A stretch of 63,373 bases of DNA, the filler included. It is 7 parts of 7 records of this genome, joined end to end, with 100 filler letters (N's around TTAATTAATTAA, not from the genome) between each part and the next. Parts side by side here need not be neighbours in the genome. Positions count along the whole stretch, not along the records: positions 1 to 12,427 come from SRR31147125_42368; positions 12,528 to 26,670 come from SRR31147125_42399; 5 more parts are not named here. One strand, given 5' to 3'. Numbering within the stretch: the stretch's first letter is position 1; every line of letters begins with the position of its first letter. Made by a program: the position numbers and the translations under genes. This document shows, piece by piece, positions 10,123-20,239 of the stretch. The notes beneath the pieces are model-generated. The model was not told the DNA's origin, searched no databases, and saw only the letters and a list, made by a program, of their open reading frames with translations.

Positions 10123-11976
10123 ATGTCAACAAAATTCTCTAAATTGATAACAAAAGAGATTAAAAGCAGTAATTGGATTTCCAGACGCCGGGCCATTATT
10201 CAGCTCAGCCACTATCAAAATCCGGATCTGTATGAAATTTATTCAGACGCCCTCTCTGATCCTGTGAGTGAAGTGCGCCATGCCGCCATTTTAGCTCTCG
10301 CCAGGCTCGGAGACAAAAGAGCTGTCGCGCATTTGGGTAAACCCAAATTCCTGCAATCGGCAGATACAAATATTCGATGGGCCACCGTGCACGCTTTGGG
10401 AGAGCTGGGAGATATCTACGTTATCGACATGCTTATGCCACTGGTTGACGATGAAGACTGGCTCGTCCGCAATGAAGCTATCACGGAGCTTTATGCAAAA
10501 GTTGAGGACATTGTCAAAAGAGCAGAACCTGCCCTGGCTCGAATCCTCATCAGAATGTTAACATTGAATGTACCCGATATATCTGAAATGGCCGTTAAAG
10601 GTCTTGTCGACCTGGCGAATCCATGTCATCATCTGTTGCTGGATGCTTTAAAAAGTATAAATACCCCTGTCCGTCAAAATGTCGCATTGGTTCTTGGACT
10701 TGCAAAAGCAAAGGGAGCTGTTCCATTTTTAATTGAGGCACTCCAGGATGCGTCCCCTTTAGTCAGGGCTGAAGCTGCAAAAGCATTAGGGAGTATAGGG
10801 GATGAACACGCCATTATACCGCTTTTACGTGCCATAAAGGGCCATAATGATTACGTTCGTAAAGTAACTGTAGAGTCTCTGGTTAAATTTGGACAAATCG
10901 CTGTTGATCCTTTACATAGCGAGCTATATCACGAAAAAACAAAGTTTTCAATATGTGCAATCATTGAAACGCTGGGCATGATTCAGGCCCCGGCAAGTAT
11001 ACCCATATTAATCAATCATCTGAGTAGTAGCTTTTATTCCGTGCGCAAGGTCGCCGTGAATGCATTGACACAGTATGGCCAGCAAATTGTAAATCCACTA
11101 CTGCAAAAACTGTCTGATAACACTTCCAATATTAATGCGTTGCTCAGTGTCGCGGCTAAAGAAAACGGCGTATCAAATCGAATCAAGGCAATAAAGGCAC
11201 TGGGAGACCTGGAAGATTATCGGGCGACGCCAATTTTAAAAAAGTTAATAACATCCTCAGAGACACAAATTGCCGATGCGGCAGAGGATGCTCTGGTAAA
11301 AATCGGTTGTTCCGCCTGGGGACGTTGCGGTGCCATTATGGTCATTGGCAATGTGGGGGAAAAGTCAGCTATTAGTCTTTTGAAAAAATCACTCAAGGAC
11401 GCTTCTCCACATGTTCGTTATGAGGCAGTCAGAGCAATTGGAAAACTAAAAACTAAAAAAGCGGTTCAGGAACTTGAAGAGATGGCCAAGTCTGATCCAA
11501 CCCAGGAAGTGAGAACAGAAACATTAAAAGTTTTATGGGAATTAATTCCAGGCTCTTCAGAACTGTTTAAATTAGCTATGGTTTCAATCGATGACCCGTC
11601 AAAGGATATACGTTTACAGGCAACACGCATTCTAGGTGATTTCTCTGATGATCGATCTATCCAGTCCTTATTACAAAAATTCAACGATCCATCCTGGAGC
11701 GTCAGAGTCAGTGCTGAAAATGCCATCTGTAATTTTGGAGAAAAAATCGTACCCTTGTTAATGAAACATCTTGGTGAAAAAGGGCTGGAAGGTCGCTGCC
11801 GGATTATCAGTGCTGTCGCAAGGCTGGGATCCAAAAAAGCCATCACCGCACTGGAACAAATTTTGTCAGATGAAGGTGAGGATCCGCAAATTATCGCCAT
11901 AACACGAAAAGCGCTCACCATCCTCAAAGGCGAAACAGCAATAGATGCGGCAAATCTCTCAATTCCGATATGTTAG
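10123..11976 (+). CDS. HEAT/PBS-lyase repeat protein
   Basis: Many L.D....VR..A..ALG.IG repeats across 617 aa; GGAGA RBS. Confidence 0.9.
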   Translation: MSTKFSKLITKEIKSSNWISRRRAIIQLSHYQNPDLYEIYSDALSDPVSEVRHAAILALARLGDKRAVAHLGKPKFLQSADTNIRWATVHALGELGDIYVIDMLMPLVDDEDWLVRNEAITELYAKVEDIVKRAEPALARILIRMLTLNVPDISEMAVKGLVDLANPCHHLLLDALKSINTPVRQNVALVLGLAKAKGAVPFLIEALQDASPLVRAEAAKALGSIGDEHAIIPLLRAIKGHNDYVRKVTVESLVKFGQIAVDPLHSELYHEKTKFSICAIIETLGMIQAPASIPILINHLSSSFYSVRKVAVNALTQYGQQIVNPLLQKLSDNTSNINALLSVAAKENGVSNRIKAIKALGDLEDYRATPILKKLITSSETQIADAAEDALVKIGCSAWGRCGAIMVIGNVGEKSAISLLKKSLKDASPHVRYEAVRAIGKLKTKKAVQELEEMAKSDPTQEVRTETLKVLWELIPGSSELFKLAMVSIDDPSKDIRLQATRILGDFSDDRSIQSLLQKFNDPSWSVRVSAENAICNFGEKIVPLLMKHLGEKGLEGRCRIISAVARLGSKKAITALEQILSDEGEDPQIIAITRKALTILKGETAIDAANLSIPIC

Positions 11977-12116
11977 GCTTGATGCCGGCACATCAAAAAC
12001 CGAATTTATGGTGTAAAACGGAATATCACATACCACTTTAAAGTGAATCCAGGAAGATGTTTTTTCTATCTCACATGTGACTATTATTACATATTACTGG
12101 TTTGGGGAAATAATTA

Positions 12117-12427
12117 ATGAATACAGAAAAAAGATTTATTGTAGATGGCGGTATTAAAGACTTGCCCTTCCCGATAAAAGTGAAATCAAAAACCTCTCCG
12201 GAAGGTCAGCCAACTATCGCAAATATATCTGTTAACGCACGAATTATGAAAGATTTTGAACCCGGCTGGATTCATAAATTCATTCACTTTCTGCATCAGC
12301 ATAGAGACCAGATTGGTGATCCGTCTTTTAATCACGATATCTATGATCTACTACAGGAACTAAATGCCAATTTGTTACGAATCGATTTTGGCTTTCCGTT
12401 CTTTATTGAAAAACAGACCCCTGTTTC
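12117..12427 (+). CDS. Divergent FolE2/MptA-family GTP cyclohydrolase-like protein, cut by contig end
   Basis: G-IKDLPFPI, QPTIANISV and FPFFIEKQTPVS resemble the FolE2 N-terminus. Confidence 0.6.
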
Positions 12428-12527
12428 NNNNNNNNNNNNNNNNNNNNNNNNNNNNNNNNNNNNNNNNNNNNTTAATTAATTAANNNNNNNNNNNNNNNNN
12501 NNNNNNNNNNNNNNNNNNNNNNNNNNN
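12428..12527. other. Artificial contig linker
   Basis: N44-TTAATTAATTAA-N44, with stops in all six frames. Confidence 0.98.
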
Positions 12528-12621
12528 ACGGCGATTGGACGCACAAACAAAGGACAAAAGACTTTTCAAAAAGCTGAAAAGAACAGGAAAACTTGTTCTT
12601 TTGTTTAAGTGCGTATGGAAG

Positions 12622-12848
12622 CTATTTTTTCTTTTTGCCGGTAAACGAGCCCAAGGCAACGCCCAGGCAAAGCCCGAGTGATATTCCGATGGCGAGCTGA
12701 TCGAGCGCCGCTCCTATGGCAACGCCCAGGCATAAACCGATTGGCAGCGTCGTTGAAATATTACTTTTTTCTTCTCGTCCTGCCCGTTGGCCTCGGGATC
12801 GGGTGTTTCGCTGCAACTGTTTTTATTTTCGTTTGTTTTGTCAGACAT
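12622..12848 (-). CDS. Small glycine-zipper membrane protein (1-nt deletion in the run at ~12765-12770)
   Basis: GGAGG RBS + ATG at 12848 (MSDKTNENK...) joins ...LPIGLCLGVAIGAALDQLAIGISLGLCLGVALG...KKKK when one A is added. Confidence 0.6.
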
Positions 12849-13089
12849 TTATGTTCCTCCAGTCCGTAAAGGGCCAGGTGTTTTATCGCTATTGTAGCAT
12901 AAATAACAGCAGAAGTCGATTGCTGGGAGCAGCGTTGAGACCAAGCGGTGCCCATATAAAAAGCGATGCCGGGCAGGTATGAGGAACTGAAAGCACTAAA
13001 AATATTATGTTTTTACACGTCGAGTCATATTGACAAAATTCGCCTCGTATACTATGCTGATATCATTATTTGAGGATAGGAGAGAGCTC

Positions 13090-13320
13090 ATGAATTACGC
13101 TCCCGTTTCCCCGAAAAGCAGGACCGTGGCCTTGTTACTGTGCATATTTCTTGGAGGCCTGGGTATACACCGCTTTTATGTCGGCAAAACCGGCACGGGC
13201 ATCATCTGGCTTTTAACCGCCGGTGTATTTGGGATCGGCGCGCTGGTCGATCTGATTATGATCATTGTCGGCTCTTTTACAGATGCGGCTGGACTGATGG
13301 TCACACGATGGGATGGTTAA
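13090..13320 (+). CDS. TM2-domain membrane protein
   Basis: [28 protein letters not shown] upstream of ATG 13090. Confidence 0.9.
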   Translation: MNYAPVSPKSRTVALLLCIFLGGLGIHRFYVGKTGTGIIWLLTAGVFGIGALVDLIMIIVGSFTDAAGLMVTRWDG

Positions 13321-13362
13321 CAGACGATAATATATAAACCATGGTAGATTATATCCGGCTGT

Positions 13363-13396
13363 GTCGGGCGGGAAATGTCCCGCCCGACGCCGTTTG
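13363..13396 (+). terminator. Hairpin/terminator after TM2 gene
   Basis: GTCGGGCGGGA-aatg-TCCCGCCCGAC. Confidence 0.65.
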
Positions 13397-13436
13397 CTTA
13401 GATTGAAGCCTTATTTAAAAAATCGTTAAAAAAGAC

Positions 13437-13465
13437 TTGACATGATGGCCAAAGTGATTTATGCT
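13437..13465 (+). promoter_or_regulatory. sigma70/SigA promoter of tRNA-Pro
   Basis: TTGACA-N17-TATGCT with an A-tract upstream. Confidence 0.7.
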
Positions 13466-13506
13466 ACTGTCTACGAGTCTGAAGCAGGTGACTCAAAATT
13501 GAATAG

Positions 13507-13583
13507 CGGGGTGTGGCGAAGTTTGGTATCGCGCTTGGTTCGGGACCAAGAGGCCCCGGGTTCGAATCCCGGCACTCCGACCA
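13507..13583 (+). tRNA. tRNA-Pro (anticodon CGG)
   Basis: Acceptor stem CGGGGTG/CACTCCG, anticodon arm CTTGG-TTCGGGA-CCAAG, T-loop GTTCGAATC, encoded CCA. Confidence 0.95.
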
Positions 13584-13586
13584 CAG

Positions 13587-13622
13587 AAAAGACCATCGAA
13601 TTTATCGATGGTCTTTTGTTTT
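13587..13622 (+). terminator. Intrinsic terminator after tRNA
   Basis: AAAAGACCATCGA...TCGATGGTCTTTT. Confidence 0.8.
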
Positions 13623-13879
13623 ATCTGTATTCATTGTGGGGATCAGTGCTTTAAATATGGTCTAATTTCTCTTAATTGCGCTCGGCAGCAAAATGGAGTA
13701 GCGGGATATTTTAAAACGATAGGATTATTGTTAATTAAAAATAACCAACAAAGTATTTTGCGAAATATCGTCGGATTACATTAATTATAGATGCATAGAT
13801 GAAATTGAGCAAAAATTATCAAGAATTTATCTCTATAAGGTTATATATTTAGAATATATTCTTGAGAAGGAGAAGGCAT

Positions 13880-14269
13880 ATGGATTATTACACAAATGTA
13901 CGTGATTCACTGAATTTTATCGAAGTGAATTTGGAGGAGAAAATTAGCCTCGACTGTCTTGCGGAAAAATCCTATCTGTCAAAATATCATTATCACAGAC
14001 TTTTTCGCAGGATAACAGGCGAGTCTGTAAGCAGATATATTACTAAAAAGCGAATGGAAAAAGCCGCCGAAGAGCTTACTCAAACAGGGCACCCAATTAT
14101 TGATGTCGCTCTGAAATTTCAATATGCTTCACAAGAATCCTTTTCAAGAGCTTTTTCGAGAATTTATGGCATAACTCCGGGCAAATACAGGAAGTTGTAT
14201 ACAAATCGTGTAATTAATAATGTGGTCCGTATCAATGCGTACTTTAACAACATAAATATGGCTGCTTGA
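13880..14269 (+). CDS. Single-domain AraC/MarA-like transcriptional regulator
   Basis: [10 protein letters not shown]...[29 protein letters not shown]; ends NINMAA. Confidence 0.9.
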   Translation: MDYYTNVRDSLNFIEVNLEEKISLDCLAEKSYLSKYHYHRLFRRITGESVSRYITKKRMEKAAEELTQTGHPIIDVALKFQYASQESFSRAFSRIYGITPGKYRKLYTNRVINNVVRINAYFNNINMAA

Positions 14270-14288
14270 TCAGCCCATGGAGGTTTCA

Positions 14289-14879
14289 ATGAGCAATCTT
14301 GTCCCAATGGTTATTGAGCAAACCTCGCGAGGTGAACGCTCCTACGATATATTTTCCAGGCTGCTGAGCGAACGTGTGGTTATGCTCAACGGCATGGTAA
14401 CCAATGAATCGGCAAGCCTGGTTATTGCGCAGCTGCTTTTGCTGGAATCCGCTGACTGCGATAAGGATATTCATTTCTATATTAATAGTCCTGGCGGTTC
14501 CGTAACGGATGGGTTTGCCATTATGGATACTATGAACTATATCAAATGCGATGTCTCTACCATCAGTGTGGGCCAATCGGGTAGCGCGGCTTCTTTGCTA
14601 CTTGTGTCTGGTACAAAAGGTAAACGTTCTGCGCTGAAAAATAGTGAAATACTGATTCATCAGCCTTCGATTTCTGGAGGACTGCAGGGGCAGGCCACAG
14701 ACATTAAAATTCATAGTGACTGGCTTGAAAAAACCAAAGAAAAACTAAACGAGATATATAGCAGGCTTACAGGTCAACCTCTCGAAAAAATCAAAGATGT
14801 ACTCCACTATAACATCATATCTGGTTTCCGCGTGTATTGTAGTCCTACTGAAAAGTCTCGCGCAAACCAGACCATTTGA
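14289..14879 (+). pseudogene. clpP: ClpP protease subunit, 3'-truncated at ~14798
   Basis: [18 protein letters not shown], catalytic Ser (SAAS) and His (IHQP) are present. Homology stops at LEKIKD, the RD motif with the catalytic Asp is missing, and the ORF runs into the convergent gene. Confidence 0.75.
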
Positions 14880-15849
14880 TGCTCAGGCGCTGAATTAATG
14901 TTTGTAGGTTGGACGGTGAATCTGCGCACTGCTTGATGTCCTGCCCTGCAAAAGAGGAAGCTTCATTCGCTGTTACCGTGTATTCCTGAAGGCCATTCTC
15001 AGTCTCATACTGCCAGGTTACATATCCCAGATTACCGATTGCTGCCAGCATCACATAGGAGTCCGCCGTCATAATGTCCCGAGCAGCGCCCTCATCATCC
15101 AATGCGATCGGCGTTTCAAGCTCAAGCGTCCAACCAAACGGTTCCTGCTTGGTTTGCAGTTCGTTGACATAGGGACCGAGCTGTTCGGATACCCCGAGGA
15201 TCGATGCGATATGGTTATTTGATGGCATGTCGCCGATATACGGGTTTGCCGCCGCATAAAGCTGTGCCGATGTGCGGCTTATTGCCATTCCGTCTTCCCA
15301 GAGGATCAGATTGTCGCAGCGGACAGCACTGACTTCGCCTAAAGCTTCATACTGCCCACTGAAATCGCCGCTGTTAAAGAAAGCCTTGGGCGCGGTGTAA
15401 ACGGTCATGCTGACGATTCCGCCGCTTTCATTGAAAACCACGCGGGAAACGCCGCTGGCGCCGCTCAAGAGCTTACCGCTTACGTATACAGTTTTGTCAA
15501 CGACACTGACGCTGTAATTGACTTCTGCGGGGTCCGCACTGCTGCCGACATAAAAAAACCGGGTAAATAACACAAACAGCCCAAGAACCACACCAATCAA
15601 CGTAATTATGATCCCGCGCAATAGGCTCGCGCGATTTGTGCGGCGGCGCACCTTTTTCAGATAATCCACCTCGGCGGCCGGTACACGTTCAGCCGGCACC
15701 GGTTCCTTCATACGGCATAGCGCTTCCGAGCAGCCCATGCAATCTGCCAAGTGCTCTTCGATTGCCTTATTTGTAGAGCCGCTCGTCAGCCCGTCCACAT
15801 AGGACGGCAGCAAATCGCGGACGATTTCACAACTTAATTTATTCTCCAT
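14845..15849 (-). CDS. Anti-sigma factor (zf-HC2 + TM + DUF4825-like extracytoplasmic domain)
   Basis: [14 protein letters not shown]...[10 protein letters not shown], a TM helix, NPYIGD...[10 protein letters not shown]. Confidence 0.85.
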   Translation of the reverse strand: MENKLSCEIVRDLLPSYVDGLTSGSTNKAIEEHLADCMGCSEALCRMKEPVPAERVPAAEVDYLKKVRRRTNRASLLRGIIITLIGVVLGLFVLFTRFFYVGSSADPAEVNYSVSVVDKTVYVSGKLLSGASGVSRVVFNESGGIVSMTVYTAPKAFFNSGDFSGQYEALGEVSAVRCDNLILWEDGMAISRTSAQLYAAANPYIGDMPSNNHIASILGVSEQLGPYVNELQTKQEPFGWTLELETPIALDDEGAARDIMTADSYVMLAAIGNLGYVTWQYETENGLQEYTVTANEASSFAGQDIKQCADSPSNLQTLIQRLSIKWSGLRETFQ

Positions 15850-16321
15850 CTGTCAACAGCTCCTTTTTCAGTTTTTCTTTCCCACGGTAGTAGGTGACCC
15901 TGGCCCAGTTTTCCGATTTTGACAGGATATCTCCGATTTCTCGGAAGGACAGGTCACCGAGTAACCGCAGATACATAACCTCGCGCATTTCCGCGTTAAG
16001 TAAATGCAGTTTTCGCAAAAGCTCCACATGACCGTCTTTGGCAAGTGTTTCAGCTTCCGGCAAATCGCATAAAGCCGGCACTGCGTCCAGCGTATCCGCT
16101 GCCGGATGCTTGCGGCGGTAGCTCATAAGCGAGTTTTTTGCTATGGCACACAGCCATGTGGAGACCTTGCAGGTACCGTCAAAACGCTCTACACTTTTTA
16201 CGGCCTGATAGAAGGTTTCCTGTGTCAGTTCTTCGGAAATATCTGTGTCGTGGGTAAGTGAAAGAAGGTAGCGATAAACCGTCTGAGAATGGGCGCGATA
16301 TATTTCTTCCATTGACAACAT
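15839..16321 (-). CDS. ECF sigma-70 factor
   Basis: EELTQETF, STWLCAIAKN, region 4 LSFREIG...ARVTYYRGK; overlaps the anti-sigma start. Confidence 0.92.
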   Translation of the reverse strand: MLSMEEIYRAHSQTVYRYLLSLTHDTDISEELTQETFYQAVKSVERFDGTCKVSTWLCAIAKNSLMSYRRKHPAADTLDAVPALCDLPEAETLAKDGHVELLRKLHLLNAEMREVMYLRLLGDLSFREIGDILSKSENWARVTYYRGKEKLKKELLTDGE

Positions 16322-16351
16322 CGTATAACCTCCTTTCGTTGAACTGCTTAT

Positions 16352-16379
16352 TAATGCTGGAAATACTAGATTTGTTACA
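16352..16379 (-). promoter_or_regulatory. Putative autoregulatory ECF promoter
   Basis: Minus strand TGTAAC-N16-GCATTA upstream of the ECF gene. Confidence 0.45.
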
Positions 16380-16630
16380 GCAAGAAGAAATTATTTTGTG
16401 CCGATATTGATTTTAGCACTGTAAGCCACCCGGAACAACAGAAAAGCCGGGTCGTACCTCAGACCCGGTTTCAATAATCGCCTCGTGAACAAGCTTGCGG
16501 TTTCAGTTGCATCCGCAGGCATTTTCTTTCCGTGCGTTTACTTTATTCAATTATATGGTGTTCCGAGCAGTAAGACTTATAGTGACACTCAAAAGTAAAA
16601 TTAATTGACAGGGCTTGCGTTATGCGCTGC

Positions 16631-17245
16631 TTATAAAGAACTGATTCCAAGCTGAATCGCAAAAGCAATGAAGATTATTCCGAAAAGCTTTTGAATGCGC
16701 ATCAATCTTTTAGGAGAGTTCGTTATAAAGGAGCTTATAGAACCCGCCAATATACCGTATCCCACGAACACGATGAAGGTAAGCAGCATAAACACAAAGC
16801 CATAACGAAGGGCTTCTCTTATGTAATTATTGCTTTCAGCACTTATATACTGCGGCAGAAACGAAAAAAAGAACAAGGTCAATTTAGGGTTTAAAAGATT
16901 GATCAAAATCCCGTGACGGATCGTAGAAACAGCATTATCGCCTGTCTGCGCATTGCTAAAATTTAATTTCGTTTTGGCGAACAGCATCCCGGCCCCCATA
17001 TAGAGTAAGTACAGCGCACCGACCAATTTTATGATCCAGAATACCAGCTCGTTCATTCTCATTATCAGGGATGATAAGGCAATGCTGGCGCATAAATGCG
17101 GGACAATTCCCGCTGTGCAGCTAATGGCGGCAAGCACACTTGCTTTTCTCCCTTTGGTAAGGCCGGTGGAAATCGTAAATACGACGCCTGTGCCGGGAAT
17201 TAGAATAATTATCAGAGACGTTACTATAAATGACCACGCACTCAT
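16631..17245 (-). CDS. LysE/RhtB-family exporter
   Basis: PGTG, GALYLLYMG and NLLNPK motifs. Confidence 0.9.
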   Translation of the reverse strand: MSAWSFIVTSLIIILIPGTGVVFTISTGLTKGRKASVLAAISCTAGIVPHLCASIALSSLIMRMNELVFWIIKLVGALYLLYMGAGMLFAKTKLNFSNAQTGDNAVSTIRHGILINLLNPKLTLFFFSFLPQYISAESNNYIREALRYGFVFMLLTFIVFVGYGILAGSISSFITNSPKRLMRIQKLFGIIFIAFAIQLGISSL

Positions 17246-17301
17246 CGCGTTTCCTCCGGGGGATGTCTTTTAAACAGTCGATATTTACAACATCAACGCT
17301 T

Positions 17302-17344
17302 GTGGTATACTTTACCATAAGATAGTGGTTCTGATAAGAACCAC
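17302..17344. promoter_or_regulatory. Putative MocR operator (two direct + one inverted GTGGT boxes)
   Basis: GTGGTAT (17302), GTGGTTCT (17325) and AGAACCAC (17337) in the divergent lysE/mocR spacer. Confidence 0.55.
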
Positions 17345-17381
17345 ATATTGAGAGAATTAATAGAGCCAATTGGAGGCCGGT

Positions 17382-18788
17382 ATGATTCAAATCGATATCG
17401 ACAGAGAAAGCCGAGATTCTCTTACAAGGCAAATCTACCGTTCCCTTAAGGAATATATTCTGTCCGGAACACTGCGGCAGGGAGAAAAACTGCCATCGTC
17501 GCGCGAGCTGGCAAAATACCTTCATGTAGCAAGAAATATCGTAATTGAAAGCTATGAACAGCTTGTCGCAGAAGGATATGTCTGCGCCAAGGCCGGTTCG
17601 GGGACGTATGTCTGTGATGAAGTCAGGCTGGAAAAAACAAAGACGGCAACTAAATCAAAAGCGGCGAAAAACCAAAACCAGCCTGCTGCCGATATGCTCT
17701 CTTTTCGCACGGGAATACCAGACCTGAGCTCAATCCCCATAAAAAAATGGGCGCAGCTATACAGGGAGGTTGCCGCCGTCGTGACGCCTGCGCAGATGGA
17801 TTACCAAAGCTCATTCGGCGAATATGAATTAAGATATCAGCTGTCGCTTTACCTCAACCGGGTAAGAGGGGTCGACACCACGCCGGAAAACATACTGATA
17901 ACAACTGGCGCGGCTCAGTCTTTCAGCCTGCTGTGCCGTTTGGTGCCGGACGATGGATACGCGCTGGTAGAAAATCCGCTTAGCTACGGCATACGCCATA
18001 CGCTGGAAAACAACAAAGTCAAAATACAACCAATAGCGATCGACGAATACGGCATGCTAACGTCGGAGCTGCCTCGTATCCCGCCGCATCTGATATTTAC
18101 AACGCCAAGCCATCAGTTCCCTACAGGCGTGGTACTCCCTGCAAAGCGCAGGATAGAGATGGTGCAGTATGCGAGAAAGAATGGTACATTTATCGTGGAA
18201 GACGACTATGACAGTGAGTTCCGATTTGATGGGGGCCCCATACAATCCCTACAACAGCTGGACCCTGAACGAGTCATCTATGTGGGAACATTTTCAAAGA
18301 CGCTTATGCCCGCGCTGCGCATGGGATATATGATTTTACCGGACTATCTGTGTGCGCAGATGGAAGAGGCAAAGTTTGTAGCGGATCTGCATTCGCCGGT
18401 TCTTGAGCAGCTTACAATGGCAAAGTTTATTGAAACGGGGCAGTTTGACCGGCATATCAGAAAAATACGGAAGCTATATTCCCACAGAAGAAACTTTTTA
18501 ATTAAGTGTTTAAAGGAAACGTTCGGTGAGGCGGTTAGTGTTTCCGGAGCGGAAGCGGGCCTGCATTTGGTGGCAACCTTTCGGAATGTTCGGTTTAATG
18601 CGCGGCTGATGCAGGAAATAGAGAACAAGGGGCTTCAGATAAGTTCCGTCAGTAAGCACTGCTTGCCCTCCGCTTCGAGCGCAGTATACGAACGGTCGCT
18701 GATTTTCGGTTATGGAAACACGGATGATGTGTCCATCAAAGCCGGTGTGAAACGGTTGGACGCTATACTCAAAAATACAAAATCGTAA
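17382..18788 (+). CDS. MocR/GabR-type PLP-dependent GntR regulator
   Basis: wHTH LPSSRELA, then aminotransferase domain (TPSHQFPTG, EDDYDSEF, GTFSK). Confidence 0.93.
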   Translation: MIQIDIDRESRDSLTRQIYRSLKEYILSGTLRQGEKLPSSRELAKYLHVARNIVIESYEQLVAEGYVCAKAGSGTYVCDEVRLEKTKTATKSKAAKNQNQPAADMLSFRTGIPDLSSIPIKKWAQLYREVAAVVTPAQMDYQSSFGEYELRYQLSLYLNRVRGVDTTPENILITTGAAQSFSLLCRLVPDDGYALVENPLSYGIRHTLENNKVKIQPIAIDEYGMLTSELPRIPPHLIFTTPSHQFPTGVVLPAKRRIEMVQYARKNGTFIVEDDYDSEFRFDGGPIQSLQQLDPERVIYVGTFSKTLMPALRMGYMILPDYLCAQMEEAKFVADLHSPVLEQLTMAKFIETGQFDRHIRKIRKLYSHRRNFLIKCLKETFGEAVSVSGAEAGLHLVATFRNVRFNARLMQEIENKGLQISSVSKHCLPSASSAVYERSLIFGYGNTDDVSIKAGVKRLDAILKNTKS

Positions 18789-18846
18789 TGAATAATACTG
18801 TTTGCCGATCTCTAAAGAAATTAAAATCAGGCTATTATCAACTGCT

Positions 18847-19815
18847 TTAGAATATCTTCTTGATTATTTCTTCGGCTCGTTCCTTGTACGTGTGATTTTG
18901 TACGCTTATAACAGCGTTTTTACGAACCTGTATATAATCCTCAAAGTTATTACGATAATATGCCACTATATCGAGAGTCTCGCTAGAAGAATGAGCTATA
19001 GCTAATGCGCCGCTGTTACCAAACATATCTTTTAAAGCAGAATTATAACAAGAAAGCCCGAAACCGCCGGAACCTAAAATTTCAAAGGTACGTCTGGTGA
19101 TTGTCAGATCGTGATTTTGAGTGATGAGATTTATGAAGGAACTATTATATATATCGCAGGTTTTTTCATAAGAAACTGTGCCTTTGAACCATTCAATAGG
19201 TACATCAAGCTTTAGAAAGTTTTTAATAACCGTCTTATATTCCGCCGTACCGTAAAAATCTATCGGATAATTATTTTCGATTAAAGGTTTTAATAAAATA
19301 GGCATGGCTTTGCTGTATCGAAAATGCGCGGGGTAATGATTGGCATACCATAGCCATGCATTGCCGACGAGGCTGATTGTTTTATTTTCATTGACAGATA
19401 TTGATTTTGGATAATGAACGGTGGGATTATAGGCAAAATCAAGTCTTTCACAGGGAATGCTTTTACCTTTAAGTGTCTCGAGCATCTCAGGACATATCGA
19501 AAAAATCATATCGGGTTTTGACAATTCAAAACCTGTCATCTGTAAATTAAATTGACCAACGCCTTCTGTATCCCAGCAAACGCATTTGTAATCTTGCGCG
19601 TTTCTGGAACCGATGTGACTAAGCATGGAATGGCTAAAGTAACCCATATGGGAGGATAGAATTAATAAATCAGGACCTGTCTCGTCCATTAGTTCATCGA
19701 AATGGTCTATAGAGGTCGGCTTTATTATATGGGCATCACAACCTGCTGCTGTAAATCCCCATAAAATATCACCTGCATAAAGCATATCGGAATAAATTGC
19801 AATCTTATATTTCAT
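18847..19815 (-). CDS. CgeB-like glycosyltransferase (spore maturation family)
   Basis: WDTE, FAYNPTVH, RTFEILGSGG and HTYKERA motifs; upstream AC-N16-CATATAAT resembles a SigK/SigE promoter. Confidence 0.75.
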   Translation of the reverse strand: MKYKIAIYSDMLYAGDILWGFTAAGCDAHIIKPTSIDHFDELMDETGPDLLILSSHMGYFSHSMLSHIGSRNAQDYKCVCWDTEGVGQFNLQMTGFELSKPDMIFSICPEMLETLKGKSIPCERLDFAYNPTVHYPKSISVNENKTISLVGNAWLWYANHYPAHFRYSKAMPILLKPLIENNYPIDFYGTAEYKTVIKNFLKLDVPIEWFKGTVSYEKTCDIYNSSFINLITQNHDLTITRRTFEILGSGGFGLSCYNSALKDMFGNSGALAIAHSSSETLDIVAYYRNNFEDYIQVRKNAVISVQNHTYKERAEEIIKKIF

Positions 19816-20239
19816 ACAAGAGCCCCTTAGCGCAAAATTATAGAAGTATCTACTTTAAATTATATGAAAATAAAATCAGTTTGTACCAGCGCGTAAATAG
19901 ACCCAGGCTCCATCAGGATGCTGCCGTATGCTGTTTTGGGGGCGAAAAAGCAGCGAACAAATGGAAGCTACACTGAACGGTTGTATTGTTAGCTTCTTAG
20001 GCGGGTTATCTTAATTTATTGAGAGATCAGGACGGGCAGAAGCCTGGACTGGTCTTTTTTTGTCGATTGTATTATATTTTGACATGTTGCAAATTTGGGA
20101 CAACTTGTTTGCTTGCAGCGTTTTAAAGTATTTAGGTAAAATTTAAGATAAAATTGTGAAACAAGACAAAATACGAATTGAAACGAGGAAAATAATAGTA
20201 TATAATTCTGACATGTCAAAACAACAAGGAGGAAGAGCT

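Noticed and set aside
13442-13654. 70-aa ORF
   Set aside because: Overlaps tRNA-Pro with its promoter and terminator.
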